From the NCBI GenBank assembly GCA_963745075.1, contig CAVUWV010000001.1, positions 346,240 to 410,239 of the forward strand: 64,000 nucleotides of DNA, written 5' to 3'. The DNA is from Candidatus Hydrogenedentota bacterium. Its GTDB lineage: Bacteria; Hydrogenedentota; Hydrogenedentia; Hydrogenedentales; SLHB01. The position numbers were made by a program, and so were the translations under genes. The notes beneath the pieces are model-generated. The model saw only the letters and a program-made list of their open reading frames with translations, did no database searches and was not told where the DNA came from. This document shows, piece by piece, positions 19,430-29,013 of this stretch; within the stretch, counting starts at the first letter, position 1; every line of letters starts with the position of its first letter.

Positions 19430-20320
19430 TCACGGGAAATTCGGAACCCCGTCCGTAGCGGCGGATTTCGACACCATGAAGAATTTCGAACCGTCGGGTT
19501 GCGGATAATTTGCGTACTCCACGTGGCCGTCCATGAACAGCACGTTCGCGCCGAGCGGCGAATGATTGATCTCGCGAAACATCGGCTGTCCGTAGTCGGT
19601 TCGCACGGTGTCCCACCAAACGGCGATCTCCGACTCACCGCGCGCGGTGGCGGCCGGATTGTTGATATCCGAAACCGTAAACCGGTTGATGCCGTCGCGC
19701 AGGTAGTAGATGGTGATCGCTTCGCCGGTGCTCGGCAGGGTGACGTGCTGATCGTCGTAGCGGGTATCCAGGTTCACGCTGTCCGTGGTCAGGTTGTCGA
19801 GCAGCAATCCATGCAGCGCCATATCCAGCGGCTCCTTGACGAAGCGCGGTTCAATCATGAAACCCCAATAGACATACGAGTAATCCGCCAGCGCGGGATA
19901 TTGATCCATGGTCTTGACCGGATTGTCATAGATATCCTCGTGCCAACCGGGGCCAACGGGGCGAAACATCAGCCAGTAATCATATAACCGGCTGTATTCT
20001 GGGTCCGACGGGCAAACGATGAGGTGGTAGTCCGTGAGATATTCGGGGTACAGGATCGCCCCGTCAAAGCTCGACCAACATTCCTTCACCGGACTGAACG
20101 GCAAGTGATACGGGATCATTCGCGGCACCCACTCGCCGTGGTGTTCGTCGGCAAACATGCGAAAGATTTGCCCCATCTGCCGTTCGTTATTGGCGCACGA
20201 AGCCCGCCGCGCCGTTTCGCGGGCTCGGCCCAGTGCCGGCAGCAGCAGCGCCGCGAGGATCGAAATGATCGCGATCACCACCAGCACTTCGACCAGCGTG
20301 AATCCCCGATTGGTCCGCAT
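19430..20320 (-). CDS. DUF1559 domain protein with prepilin-type N-terminal cleavage/methylation domain
   Basis: N-terminus [25 protein letters not shown] and C-terminal H-X9-DG-like [10 protein letters not shown]. Hallmark Planctomycetota family. Confidence 0.85.
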   Translation of the reverse strand: MRTNRGFTLVEVLVVIAIISILAALLLPALGRARETARRASCANNERQMGQIFRMFADEHHGEWVPRMIPYHLPFSPVKECWSSFDGAILYPEYLTDYHLIVCPSDPEYSRLYDYWLMFRPVGPGWHEDIYDNPVKTMDQYPALADYSYVYWGFMIEPRFVKEPLDMALHGLLLDNLTTDSVNLDTRYDDQHVTLPSTGEAITIYYLRDGINRFTVSDINNPAATARGESEIAVWWDTVRTDYGQPMFREINHSPLGANVLFMDGHVEYANYPQPDGSKFFMVSKSAATDGVPNFP

Positions 20321-20714
20321 CGTTCTTCTCCCTCATCAATACAATGGCGCAAGTCCGTGAAACGGATCAGGAGCTTCGAACTTCGATGGGGGCGCTGCGC
20401 GATCATCTTCCTAATCCCCCCTACTTACTAAGACGTATTTGAGCCGGTTTGGGTGACCTCTCAACGCAATTTCTTCGTCTGGGACCGCCCCGCTACGTGG
20501 CCGGCGAATTGGAGAACGCATATGACGTGCCAGGATGCATGATTCGTCGTAAGGTACTTGCCTGAAATGGATTATGATGCGGCCGGACGATGCCGTGGCG
20601 ACGTTCGTGTGGCGTGGACAACCACTCTTTGGTGGCGCGCGGGAATCCATGGGGTCTGACCGGGACCCCCGCCGGACCAGTTCCCGCGGCCGGTTGGTTT
20701 CGTGATGATGCGGG

Positions 20715-21470
20715 TTACTCCGCTTCGGCCACGTTCCCTTTCAGGAAAGCCTTCACCAGCTCGGGATGGAAATGCTTCCCGGACTCGCTCTTGAGGTGGT
20801 CCAGCGCCTCGTCGATGGAGAAGGTGCCCTGCCGGTAGTGACGCGCGCTCGTCATGGCGCAGAACACGTCCAGGATGCGCATGGCCTGCGCGAGGTAGGG
20901 GATGGCGTCGCCTTCCATGCCGTCCGGATACCCGGTACCGTCGAAGCATTCGTGATGGCGGCGGACGATGTCCTCGATATCCCGCAATCCTTCCGTTCGT
21001 TTCACGAGGTCGGCGCCGATATGGGTATGGCGTTGCAGCGTATCCCATTCTTCGTGGTTCAGCAGGGTGTATTTCAGCAGCACCTCATTCCGAATCTTCA
21101 ATTTGCCGATATCGCGCAAGAGGGCGCCCCGTTCCAGCGTCAATTGATCCGATGCGGACAAGCCGAGCGCTTCTGCAAAACGCGTCGCATGGTTCTTGAC
21201 CCGGAGCGACGTGCCCTGCACCAAATCTTCCCGCGAGTCGATCGCGTGAGCAATGAGTTCCAGCAGCTCCTCCTGCCGCTTGCCCAAGGAATCGGCAAAA
21301 ACACCGATGGCGTCAACGTCCTCTGCACCCCCCACGACGGTCGCCGTTCCCGCCGGCAACGATTCGTCTTTGGCGACGCGCACGACTTCCATGTTGCCGT
21401 CGCCCGCATTCTCCGTCAAAAATCCGAATAGCGGCTCATTCTCGCCCACCACCACGATCCGTTTAAGCAT
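20715..21470 (-). CDS. HD-GYP domain phosphodiesterase
   Basis: HD...HHECFDGTGYP motif. Start at ATG 21470 (MLKRIVVVGE), not ORF-track 21596. Confidence 0.75.
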   Translation of the reverse strand: MLKRIVVVGENEPLFGFLTENAGDGNMEVVRVAKDESLPAGTATVVGGAEDVDAIGVFADSLGKRQEELLELIAHAIDSREDLVQGTSLRVKNHATRFAEALGLSASDQLTLERGALLRDIGKLKIRNEVLLKYTLLNHEEWDTLQRHTHIGADLVKRTEGLRDIEDIVRRHHECFDGTGYPDGMEGDAIPYLAQAMRILDVFCAMTSARHYRQGTFSIDEALDHLKSESGKHFHPELVKAFLKGNVAEAE

Positions 21471-21679
21471 GAAACGCTCCTCGCATTCTGTGAATCGACC
21501 CCTCAACCGATTACGCAATCGCATCGCCATAGTAGCAACACCGTCGTCTTGCGGCAAGCGACTCGTCATTCGCAGCCGATTGGTGCGCGTGCACAAGACG
21601 CGGTGCCAGGCTGACTTGCCTCTTGTCTCGCACGCGGAATCTGGTATACTCGTTCGGGGACCGGGAAAAGGAGCATGCC

Positions 21680-22639
21680 ATGAAACGAGTCGGAATCTGC
21701 TTAGCCGTTCTAGGATGCATGATTATGATGGGTTGTCAGCGGTACCAGTCCGGCGCCCCCCATGGCGCCATCGACGTCATCGCCCACCGGGGCGCCAGCG
21801 CCTACGCCCCCGAAAACACACTCGCGGCCTTCAAGCTGGCCAAGGAAATGAGTGCGGACTGGTTCGAGCTGGACTGCACGCTGACCCATGACGGTGAAGT
21901 GGTGGTCATGCATGATGAAACCGTCGATCGCACGACGAACGGCAAAGGGTACGTCCGCGACCTGACCCTTTACGACATCAAACAGCTTGACGCCGGTTCG
22001 TGGTTCTCGCCGGAGTTCGCCGGAGAACGCGTTCCCACCCTGGGTCAGGCGCTCGATTTCGCCAAGTGGAACATCGGCGTCTACATCGAGATCAAGGACA
22101 GCGCGGACGACACCGCCCTCTTGGCGGCTATCCTCGACAAGGCCAAGGGCGACAAAGATGCCGGTCATCGGTTTAAGAATGAGATGATCGACATGATCGA
22201 GAAGAGCGAGTCGCGCAACCTCGAACTCACGCGCAAGGTGATCGAAGAAGTGCGGGTCCGCAAGATGCACCGGTACGTCGTCATCCAGTCCTTCTCGCCG
22301 ATCGTGTGTGCCATCGTCATGAAAGAGGCGCCCGAGATGCGCGTCGAATTCCTCGGCGGGTTCAAAGAAGGCGACACCGAGGGCTGGGAGCAGTATCTCC
22401 GGCTCGGCTACTTCTTCGACTTTGACGGTTTCAACATGAATGCCGACGCATTGACCATCGGCCGCCTCGCCGCCTTCCAGGACGCGGACAAGACGGTCGC
22501 AGTCTATACCGTCGACGATTTGGAAACCATGAAACGCTTCGTCGAATGGGGTGTCGACGGCATCATCACCAACAAGCCTGACCTTGCCCGCACCGTGACC
22601 GGCACGGTCAACCGCGCCGGCGGTCCGGCGGACCAATAG
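21680..22639 (+). CDS. glycerophosphodiester phosphodiesterase family lipoprotein
   Basis: HRGASAYAPENT and ELDCTLTHDGEVVVMHD GDPD motifs. Lipoprotein signal MKRVGICLAVLGCMIMMGC. AAAGGAG RBS. Confidence 0.85.
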   Translation: MKRVGICLAVLGCMIMMGCQRYQSGAPHGAIDVIAHRGASAYAPENTLAAFKLAKEMSADWFELDCTLTHDGEVVVMHDETVDRTTNGKGYVRDLTLYDIKQLDAGSWFSPEFAGERVPTLGQALDFAKWNIGVYIEIKDSADDTALLAAILDKAKGDKDAGHRFKNEMIDMIEKSESRNLELTRKVIEEVRVRKMHRYVVIQSFSPIVCAIVMKEAPEMRVEFLGGFKEGDTEGWEQYLRLGYFFDFDGFNMNADALTIGRLAAFQDADKTVAVYTVDDLETMKRFVEWGVDGIITNKPDLARTVTGTVNRAGGPADQ

Positions 22640-22668
22640 ACGGCGGTTCAGAAAGCAAATATCGCAGC

Positions 22669-22699
22669 AGGGCGGGTTCTAGAACCCGCCCTTCTTGTT
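22669..22699. terminator. hairpin terminator
   Basis: gggcgggttctagaacccgccc followed by ttcttgttg. Confidence 0.45.
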
Positions 22700-22782
22700 G
22701 ATGCGGCTTGGACACGGCAGTCTGCTCCGCTGGTCTTGCTGGGCCGGAACACACCGTGCACGGCTCCTCCGCAGGCTTCCGT

Positions 22783-23565
22783 TCAACTGAGCAGATATTT
22801 GGTCAGGTGGTCCCACGCGTTCGTCTGCGCCACACGCATGATGAGGAAACTCCAGACGACAAGTACGGCGTATCCCGTGGCGTAGTATCGGTCCCAGGAC
22901 CGCGTCAGCAACCGCTTGACGACAAGGAACACCAATCCCAAAACCAGCACGCCAAAGAACGGACCGAACAGGGCGCCGCACAGGGTGCCCGCGTAGAGGT
23001 TTCTAATCGCTTCGACGCGGTCCGTGGCGGCGGGGATGGCAGCCATGGTGGCCAACAGCATCATGGGGCGATGGATCTTCACCCGCTTTCGGTTCCACAC
23101 GCCGACGAAGACGAAAGCGCCGAAAAGCAGGATGCTGAAGAGCGGGACCGCCAGAAAACGGTTGGGTTCGAGATTCCACAGTTTGAGGTCCGGCGGGTTG
23201 ACGCTCGCCGCCGCAAAGGCCACTTTGAGGCCCGCCAGCACGATGCCGGCCGCGAGCACCGCCCCAACACGGCCGGCCATCATATGAACGCGCCGGTTCC
23301 CGGTGACCACCAGGAGCGGCTGGGCCAGGAACAACAGCATCCAAGCCGTCATCGCGATCCCGTGGAGGATCAGCCAGATTCGAATGGGCGGAGTGAGTTC
23401 CCGATGGGGGAATGCCTTGCCGTGCAGATAAAACTGCTGGAAACCCAGGAACATGATCGTCAGGAGCAGCAAGGCCGCTCCCGTGTAAAAGTAACGTCCG
23501 AAATCGATCTTTGCATGCGTCTTCGGTTGGGGTTCGTCCAATGATAAGGTCTGGCTCGTGCCCAT
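22783..23565 (-). CDS. hypothetical polytopic membrane protein
   Basis: 260 aa, ~7 hydrophobic helices, no recognised motif. Confidence 0.45.
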   Translation of the reverse strand: MGTSQTLSLDEPQPKTHAKIDFGRYFYTGAALLLLTIMFLGFQQFYLHGKAFPHRELTPPIRIWLILHGIAMTAWMLLFLAQPLLVVTGNRRVHMMAGRVGAVLAAGIVLAGLKVAFAAASVNPPDLKLWNLEPNRFLAVPLFSILLFGAFVFVGVWNRKRVKIHRPMMLLATMAAIPAATDRVEAIRNLYAGTLCGALFGPFFGVLVLGLVFLVVKRLLTRSWDRYYATGYAVLVVWSFLIMRVAQTNAWDHLTKYLLS

Positions 23566-23699
23566 GATTTGACAGTTCCTCTTTGTTTGAATGTGGCGCT
23601 CAACGCGCTCGATCCCCGGACCGGATCGGGGATCGATTCACCAGAAGCGCAGATAGTACTCCAAGTCATTTGAGAAAAGGTAGCGGAATCTCAAGCGTT

Positions 23700-23784
23700 T
23701 CGTCCGTCTCGTCCCTGCCATCCCCGTCCCTGCTGCCCCTGCTGTCCGTGTAGGTCCGTGTAGGTCCGTGTAGGTCAAGTCCGC
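23700..23784. repeat. tandem 9-10-nt repeat array (gtccctgcc/gtccctgct/gtccgtgtag x3)
   Basis: Same unit family as 11558-11763. Sits at the left edge of the phage-like segment. Confidence 0.8.
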
Positions 23785-23850
23785 GTTCCATTGTTTCATT
23801 TCCCTCCGCACTGCAACGCCCCGGCCTATCTTTATAAGGAGATTTCCGCC

Positions 23851-24660
23851 ATGACAAACCACCCCAAACGCCCCCGCCCTCAAAAACGAACGAATCTCGG
23901 CACCCCCTGCGCCCGCACCTGGACCAACGACTGGATCGCCACCGTCAACGCCAAAGAAGCCGGAACTCAACCACCGAATCTGCGGCGCCCGCCTCCCCGA
24001 CGCCACGCCCGTTGCACCAATGCTTCCGACCACCCCTCCGGCCGCTGCCCATTCCACGGCGGATTCGACCTCACCGGCGCACCCCCCGGCAACCGCAACC
24101 ACGTAATCCACGGCCTCTACTCCCGCCGCCTGAGACCCTGCACCCCCAACTGCCCCCACTGGGAAAATTGCCCCCTCGCCAACCGTCATCCTCATCCTCT
24201 CGAACGCGGGGAACACGGGGACCCATCTTCTCTCCAGCCTTCTACAAATCCACAATCGGAAGACCCATCTTCGCAATCCCAAACGTCCGATCCGACCGAT
24301 CGGTGCGATCCGTCCCATTCTTCCCAACCCCCAAACCCCACACCCCCGCAACAGGATCGTCATCCTCGCGACAGCGGGGACCCATCTTCCCAATCCGATC
24401 CGTCCAATTCTTCCGATCCGTCCTATAGGTCCCATACGTCCTATAGGTCCTATCCCCCCAACGCCACGCCGACGCAATCACCGCCCACCTGCCCCTACCA
24501 ACTCGCCGAATACAACACCGTCCTCACCGACGCCCTTGCCGTCGTCGAATCCCAGCCCCACCCCAACCCCATGGGCATCCACGCCGCCCACAACGTCGCC
24601 ATGCTCCAAGTCCTCGTCAACGCCGCCACCGCCCACTTAGCGCAAGCCCCAAACCTCGGG
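23851..24660 (+). pseudogene. hypothetical Pro/Ser-rich protein with Cys/His-rich HNH-like N-terminal region (phage-like segment); frame breaks at ~24660
   Basis: AAGGAG RBS then ATG 23851. Motif RCPFHGG...GNRNHVIHG...CTPNCPHWENCP. Internal ~165-bp direct duplication (gtcatcctc...ggggacccatcttc). Reading frame continues into ORF 24675 only after a shift across hairpins gggcacgggcgtcccgcccgtg and gacatgggcttcaagcccatgtc. Confidence 0.3.
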
Positions 24661-24759
24661 TCTTCCTCTGAAGCATGGCCTTCCCCCCCTGGGCACGGGC
24701 GTCCCGCCCGTGTTCTTCCTCTTCATCCGCGACATGGGCTTCAAGCCCATGTCCTCCCG

Positions 24760-25433
24760 AAAACCTTAACCCCAACACCATCCTCGCCTTCACCCGCCTC
24801 ATGCGCGAGTACCGCCACACACTAAAACTTCTCCAAACACCGGGGTACACCCCCTTGAACCGTCACAATTCCGCGGGTGCACCCCCCTCCCCCGACGGCA
24901 TCCTCCGCCACGTCCAACGCACCCAACACGACACCGGTCTCGACCCCGATTCCATCGCCGCCGCTCAACTCGAGCCCCAAACCCCCGAGACCCACGCCAA
25001 AGCCTACATCCAACGCGCCGCCCTCGCCGGAGGACAAGGTCGCGACGTGGAAATGTGCGAAGCCTTCGATAACGCCGCCCTCATCGACGAACCCTACGCC
25101 GAATCCGAACGCGATCACGTCCTGGCCAGCTACCGCCCCGCAAAACAATCCGTCTCCCAAGAACTCGCCGAACTCATCCTCGGCAACCTTCATCTGCCGC
25201 CCCGACCCACAACCCACGAACAGAACCCCGACACAACCAAGCCCAACACCGACCACCCAACAAACGAAGAATCCGACGATGTGCTCCAACACTTCCTCGA
25301 CCTCATAAGAGAAGGGAAAATGCCCCCCGAAGCCTTCCCCATCGGCTCCCCCCTCCGAGCCCACGTTGAAGCCATCTACACCGGCCCACCCACCACCACA
25401 ACCAAGCCCACCGGCGAAGCCGGCTCCGAGTAG
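24760..25433 (+). CDS. hypothetical protein of phage-like segment (possible small-terminase-like)
   Basis: Coherent translation from ~PENLNPNTILAFTRLMREYRHTLKLL to stop at 25433. No ATG with RBS at its 5' end; likely once continuous with the upstream ORF. Confidence 0.3.
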
Positions 25434-25502
25434 TCCTTATCCGTCCATATCGTCCGTGTAAGTCCGTGTAAGTCCGTGTAAGTCCGTGTAAGTCCGTGTA
25501 GC
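25432..25502. repeat. tandem 10-nt repeat array (gtccgtgtaa x4-5)
   Basis: Read directly. Abuts the long palindromic element. Confidence 0.8.
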
Positions 25503-25507
25503 CCAGT

Positions 25508-25590
25508 TGTAGCGCAGGCGTCCCCGCCTGCAATTCCTGAGACAGAACCCCAAAGAATGCAGGCGGGGACGCCTGCGCTACATCCGCCGC
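25508..25590. repeat. ~85-bp long-stem palindromic element copy B (inverted relative to copy A)
   Basis: tgtagcgcaggcgtccccgcctgca-N25-tgcaggcggggacgcctgcgctacatccgccgc. Loop sequence is the reverse complement of the copy A loop. Confidence 0.8.
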
Positions 25591-25720
25591 TCAACCCCGG
25601 AGTGAACCCCCAAAAATGCTGCGCACCCCCAACCACCTATCGTCCTCCCCCTACTACCCACCAAAGCTCAATAACGCAAGCAGGCTTGCCTCGCCGAAGC
25701 TGACAAGCGAAGGCGGGTCC

Positions 25721-27251
25721 ATGTGTCCGTCCATCCCATCCCGCACCCGCTTCGCCCGCCACTACCTCCGCGACCGCCACGGTTCCCCCTGGGCGCCTTG
25801 GCCGTATCAGTCTTTGTCCTTGGAATCCCTCGCACCTCGGAAGGTGCATTGCGATGGGCGGGATGTGGGGAAAACGTCGGAGATCGAGATCGTGGCGGCG
25901 TGGGCGTCGGTGATGCGGCCGAATTCGCAGATGTTGATTGCGACGCAGTGTGAGAATCATTTGTTTCCGTTGATGGACCGGATCGTGCGGGTGTTTGAAA
26001 GCGATTCATGGAAAGAGGGACAGACCGGTCTCGACGGAATGAAAGAGGGCAATGAAAGAGGGACATGGGCGTGGAAAAGAGGGACAGACACGTCTCGCTT
26101 CGCTCGCTTGCGTCAGTCCCTCTTTTCCGGTCGCTGGGGTCAGTCCCTTGGTGGAGGTGAAGCGGACGCCGTCGTGGTGTTTGCGGTTTGCGAACGGGTT
26201 TGTGTTGTGGGGGCGGATTGCGGGGCCGCACGGGATGAATTTCCAGGGGCTGCACGTGGATTGGCAGATTGTCGACGAGGCGCAGGAGATGACGGATGCG
26301 GCGTGGGAGGAGATGTTTCAGGCGTTGAACGCCGGCGGGTGGCGCTGGGTGTATGGGGTGCCGAACGGGTTGCGGAACACGTTTCACCGGATGACGACGG
26401 ACCCGGACGCGGAGCAGTACAACTGGCCGTCGTCGTCGAATCCGGCGTGGTCGGCGGAGAAGGAGGCGGAGTTGGCGCGGCTGTATGGCGGCAAGGATTC
26501 GCCGGGGTACATCCATCGGGTGCTGGGGCAACACGGTTCGCCGGCGTATGCGGTGTTCGATCTGAATGCGTATCTCGCGTGTGTGGACGGGGGGCTGGAG
26601 TGGTTCGAGGCGTCGCTGGGGGAGGACGATCCCTTCGAGGCACCGTCGGGCGTGGCGAAGGGCACCCATTATCTGGGCTGCGACCTGGGGTACGTGCGCG
26701 ATCCGTCGGAGTTTGTGATCTACCGGAGTGCGCCGCCGGATTTGGTGAACGTGGGGCGGGTACACTTGCACGGGGTCAATTATCATCGGCAGCAGGGCAT
26801 CATCGAGGAGTTGGATCGCGCGTATGACTTCCGGGCGATCGGCATCGATGCGGGGAACAACGGGAGCGCGGTGGCGCATAACCTGAAGAACATCGACGTG
26901 GACTGGCATGAGAAGGTCATGGCGTTCGAGTTCGGGGGCGTATGCGAAGCGGGGTCGTTTCCGGACGGGTCGCCGGACCGGCGTCCGACGAAGCTGTTCA
27001 TGACGGAGCTGTTGCAGCGGCGGATGGCGGACCGGACGATTGTGTTTCCGCCGCCGGCGGATCGGGAGTCGCAGTACGCGGGGCACACGTATACCGCCGG
27101 GATGCGGGGGCAGGTCCTGTTCGACAAGGGGAACGACCACATTATCGACGCGGATCGGTGCGCGGTGCTGGCGCATTACCTCGACACGCAGGAGGTGGGG
27201 GCGCAGAACGTCGGTGGGTACTATCCCCGTCTCCGGTTGGAGGCGTTTTAG
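25721..27251 (+). pseudogene. phage terminase large subunit-like gene, interrupted (ATPase half in frame 2, Walker B/nuclease half in frame 0)
   Basis: Walker A-like CDGRDVGKTSEIEIV (25.85 kb, frame A). Walker B LHVDWQIVDEAQEM and RNaseH-like nuclease region AIGIDAGNNGSAVAHNL in the frame of ORF 26052..27251. The two halves are separated by ~180 bp carrying repeats gaaagagggaca x4 and hairpin aaagagggacagacacg...cgtcagtccctcttt. Confidence 0.55.
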
Positions 27252-27280
27252 TGTTGCAAGTTGGCGAATCCCTTACAATT

Positions 27281-27350
27281 CAATCGAAATCGAAATCGAA
27301 ATCGAATTGCAAAGGCAACGTGTCTGCGATTTCGATCCCGATTTCGGCAG
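27281..27350. terminator. tcgaaa x4 tandem repeat forming a long hairpin downstream of the terminase-like gene
   Basis: aatcgaaatcgaaatcgaaatcgaat...atttcgatcccgatttcgg inverted arms. Confidence 0.35.
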
Positions 27351-27394
27351 CGGCGAGACTGGCATGCTGCGCAGTCAGGAGCGCGCGGCGCAAC

Positions 27395-27640
27395 TTACGT
27401 ATCGGACGTGACATTTTCGCGCCAGCGCGCTTCAATCGTGTCAGCGGAAAGATCGGCCCCGCACCGCCACTCGACATAGTAGCTCCCGTTGCGAACCTGG
27501 GAAAACTCGACCCAGTTTCGCAACGGCACAAAGGCCGGCGATTCGAAATACGGGCGAACATCGAAGATGCCGGAGCGGCCGTCTTCGGCGACCACATGCA
27601 GCGTGCCGTTTTCCTGTGGAGTGACCGTTGCGATTCTCAC
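27395..27640 (-). CDS. DUF2442 family protein
   Basis: IATVTPQENGTLHVVAEDGRSGIFDVRPYFE...YVEWRCGADL matches DUF2442. Start placed at GTG 27640, which overlaps the TGA of the upstream DUF4160 gene (GTGA). Confidence 0.7.
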   Translation of the reverse strand: MRIATVTPQENGTLHVVAEDGRSGIFDVRPYFESPAFVPLRNWVEFSQVRNGSYYVEWRCGADLSADTIEARWRENVTSDT

Positions 27641-27909
27641 TGATCCAATCCTCGAATAGGCAAGGGATTCTGGCCGTTTACAGCCAGTTCCCAATCCGCC
27701 ATCAAGTCTTCCTGATGAATCTCGATCCAGGCGACCACCAGTTTATGCTTCTTCGGCGGCAGACTACCTGCCAACACGCTTCCGTCCGCAATCGAATACA
27801 CGGCGACCTCGCCCTGATAGTCCGCATGAATGTGTGGCAAGTGATGTCTGTCTGTGTCGTGAAAGAACATTCGGATCAAAATGCCGTAGAACATCGATAT
27901 CGTAGGCAT
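27637..27909 (-). CDS. DUF4160 family protein
   Basis: MPTISMFYGILIRMFFHDTDRHHLPHIHADYQGE matches the DUF4160 N-terminal signature. Confidence 0.7.
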   Translation of the reverse strand: MPTISMFYGILIRMFFHDTDRHHLPHIHADYQGEVAVYSIADGSVLAGSLPPKKHKLVVAWIEIHQEDLMADWELAVNGQNPLPIRGLDQ

Positions 27910-28086
27910 GCGACCTGCTCCTGTTTCTCACGGCGCCCAGAGATGACCGATGTATCCAGTTTTCTCGGAGCAACGGCCATCCATAGCTTACGCAGTCATT
28001 ATTCCACGTCAATCGCGCCCCGGTCTACCTCGTCCGTGGTAGTTTCCACGGGGGCCGCCTCCCCTACTTGCGCCGCCGTCTCGCCG

Positions 28087-29013
28087 CTACCCTTTCAGCG
28101 CGCCGACGGTGATGCCGCGGGTGAGTTGCCGCTGCAAGAGGATGTACACGAAGAGCGTGGGGAGCAACACGATGACCAGTCCCGCGAACATCAACCCGAA
28201 ATCGGTCTTGTACTGGGCCTGAATGCTGACCGCGGCCAGACCGAGCGGCAGGGTCTTGTGGGAGTCCGAGTTCACGAAGACGAGGGCGAAGAGGTATTCG
28301 TTCCAGATGCCGAGGAAGTTGAAGATGGCGGCGGTAACCAAACCGGGTTTTGCGAGCGGGAGCATGATGTGGCGGAACACGCTGTACTCCGAGCAGCCGT
28401 CGATGATGCCCGCTTCGCGCAGGGTGCCGGGGAGGGATTTGAAGAAGCCGGTCAACACGAGAATCGTAAACGGAAGACTGAGGGCGACGTAGATCGTGAT
28501 GAGCCCCGTGAAGGTATCGTGCAGGTGCATCTCGTATCCCAGGGGCGACAACAGCGCGGTGCCCCATCGCGATAACGCGGTGAATTGAAAAAAGAGGGGG
28601 ATGAGCACGAGTTGCGCGGGGATCATCAGGCCGCTGACGAAGTAGAGGAAGAGCAGCCGGCTTCCGCGGAATGGGAATTTGGCGAGTACGTAGGCCGCCA
28701 TCGCGGACACGCCGAGGATCCCCAACAAGGAGATCGATGTGACCAGGATGCTGTTGAAGAAGAACCGGCTGAACTTCGATTTCACCCAGGCCTTCTGGTA
28801 GTTGGACACCACGGCCTGCGCCGGCGTTTCCACATCCGGGTTGTCGGCATAAGGGGAACCGGTAACCAACCAGGGAATGCCAAAGGGGTCTTCGACGAAC
28901 TCTTTGGAACTGCGGGCCGAACTTGCAACGACCCACAGCAAGGGCATCACCACGGCCAGCAACCAGACGACCAGGATGAAATAGAGCGCTATGCGTCCCA
29001 ATGCCGAAATCAT
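28087..29013 (-). CDS. carbohydrate ABC transporter permease (MalG/UgpE-like)
   Basis: Start at ATG 29013 (MISALGRIALYF...), overlapping the upstream stop (TGATG). EAA loop region GCSEYSVFRHIMLPLAKPG. Confidence 0.85.
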   Translation of the reverse strand: MISALGRIALYFILVVWLLAVVMPLLWVVASSARSSKEFVEDPFGIPWLVTGSPYADNPDVETPAQAVVSNYQKAWVKSKFSRFFFNSILVTSISLLGILGVSAMAAYVLAKFPFRGSRLLFLYFVSGLMIPAQLVLIPLFFQFTALSRWGTALLSPLGYEMHLHDTFTGLITIYVALSLPFTILVLTGFFKSLPGTLREAGIIDGCSEYSVFRHIMLPLAKPGLVTAAIFNFLGIWNEYLFALVFVNSDSHKTLPLGLAAVSIQAQYKTDFGLMFAGLVIVLLPTLFVYILLQRQLTRGITVGALKG

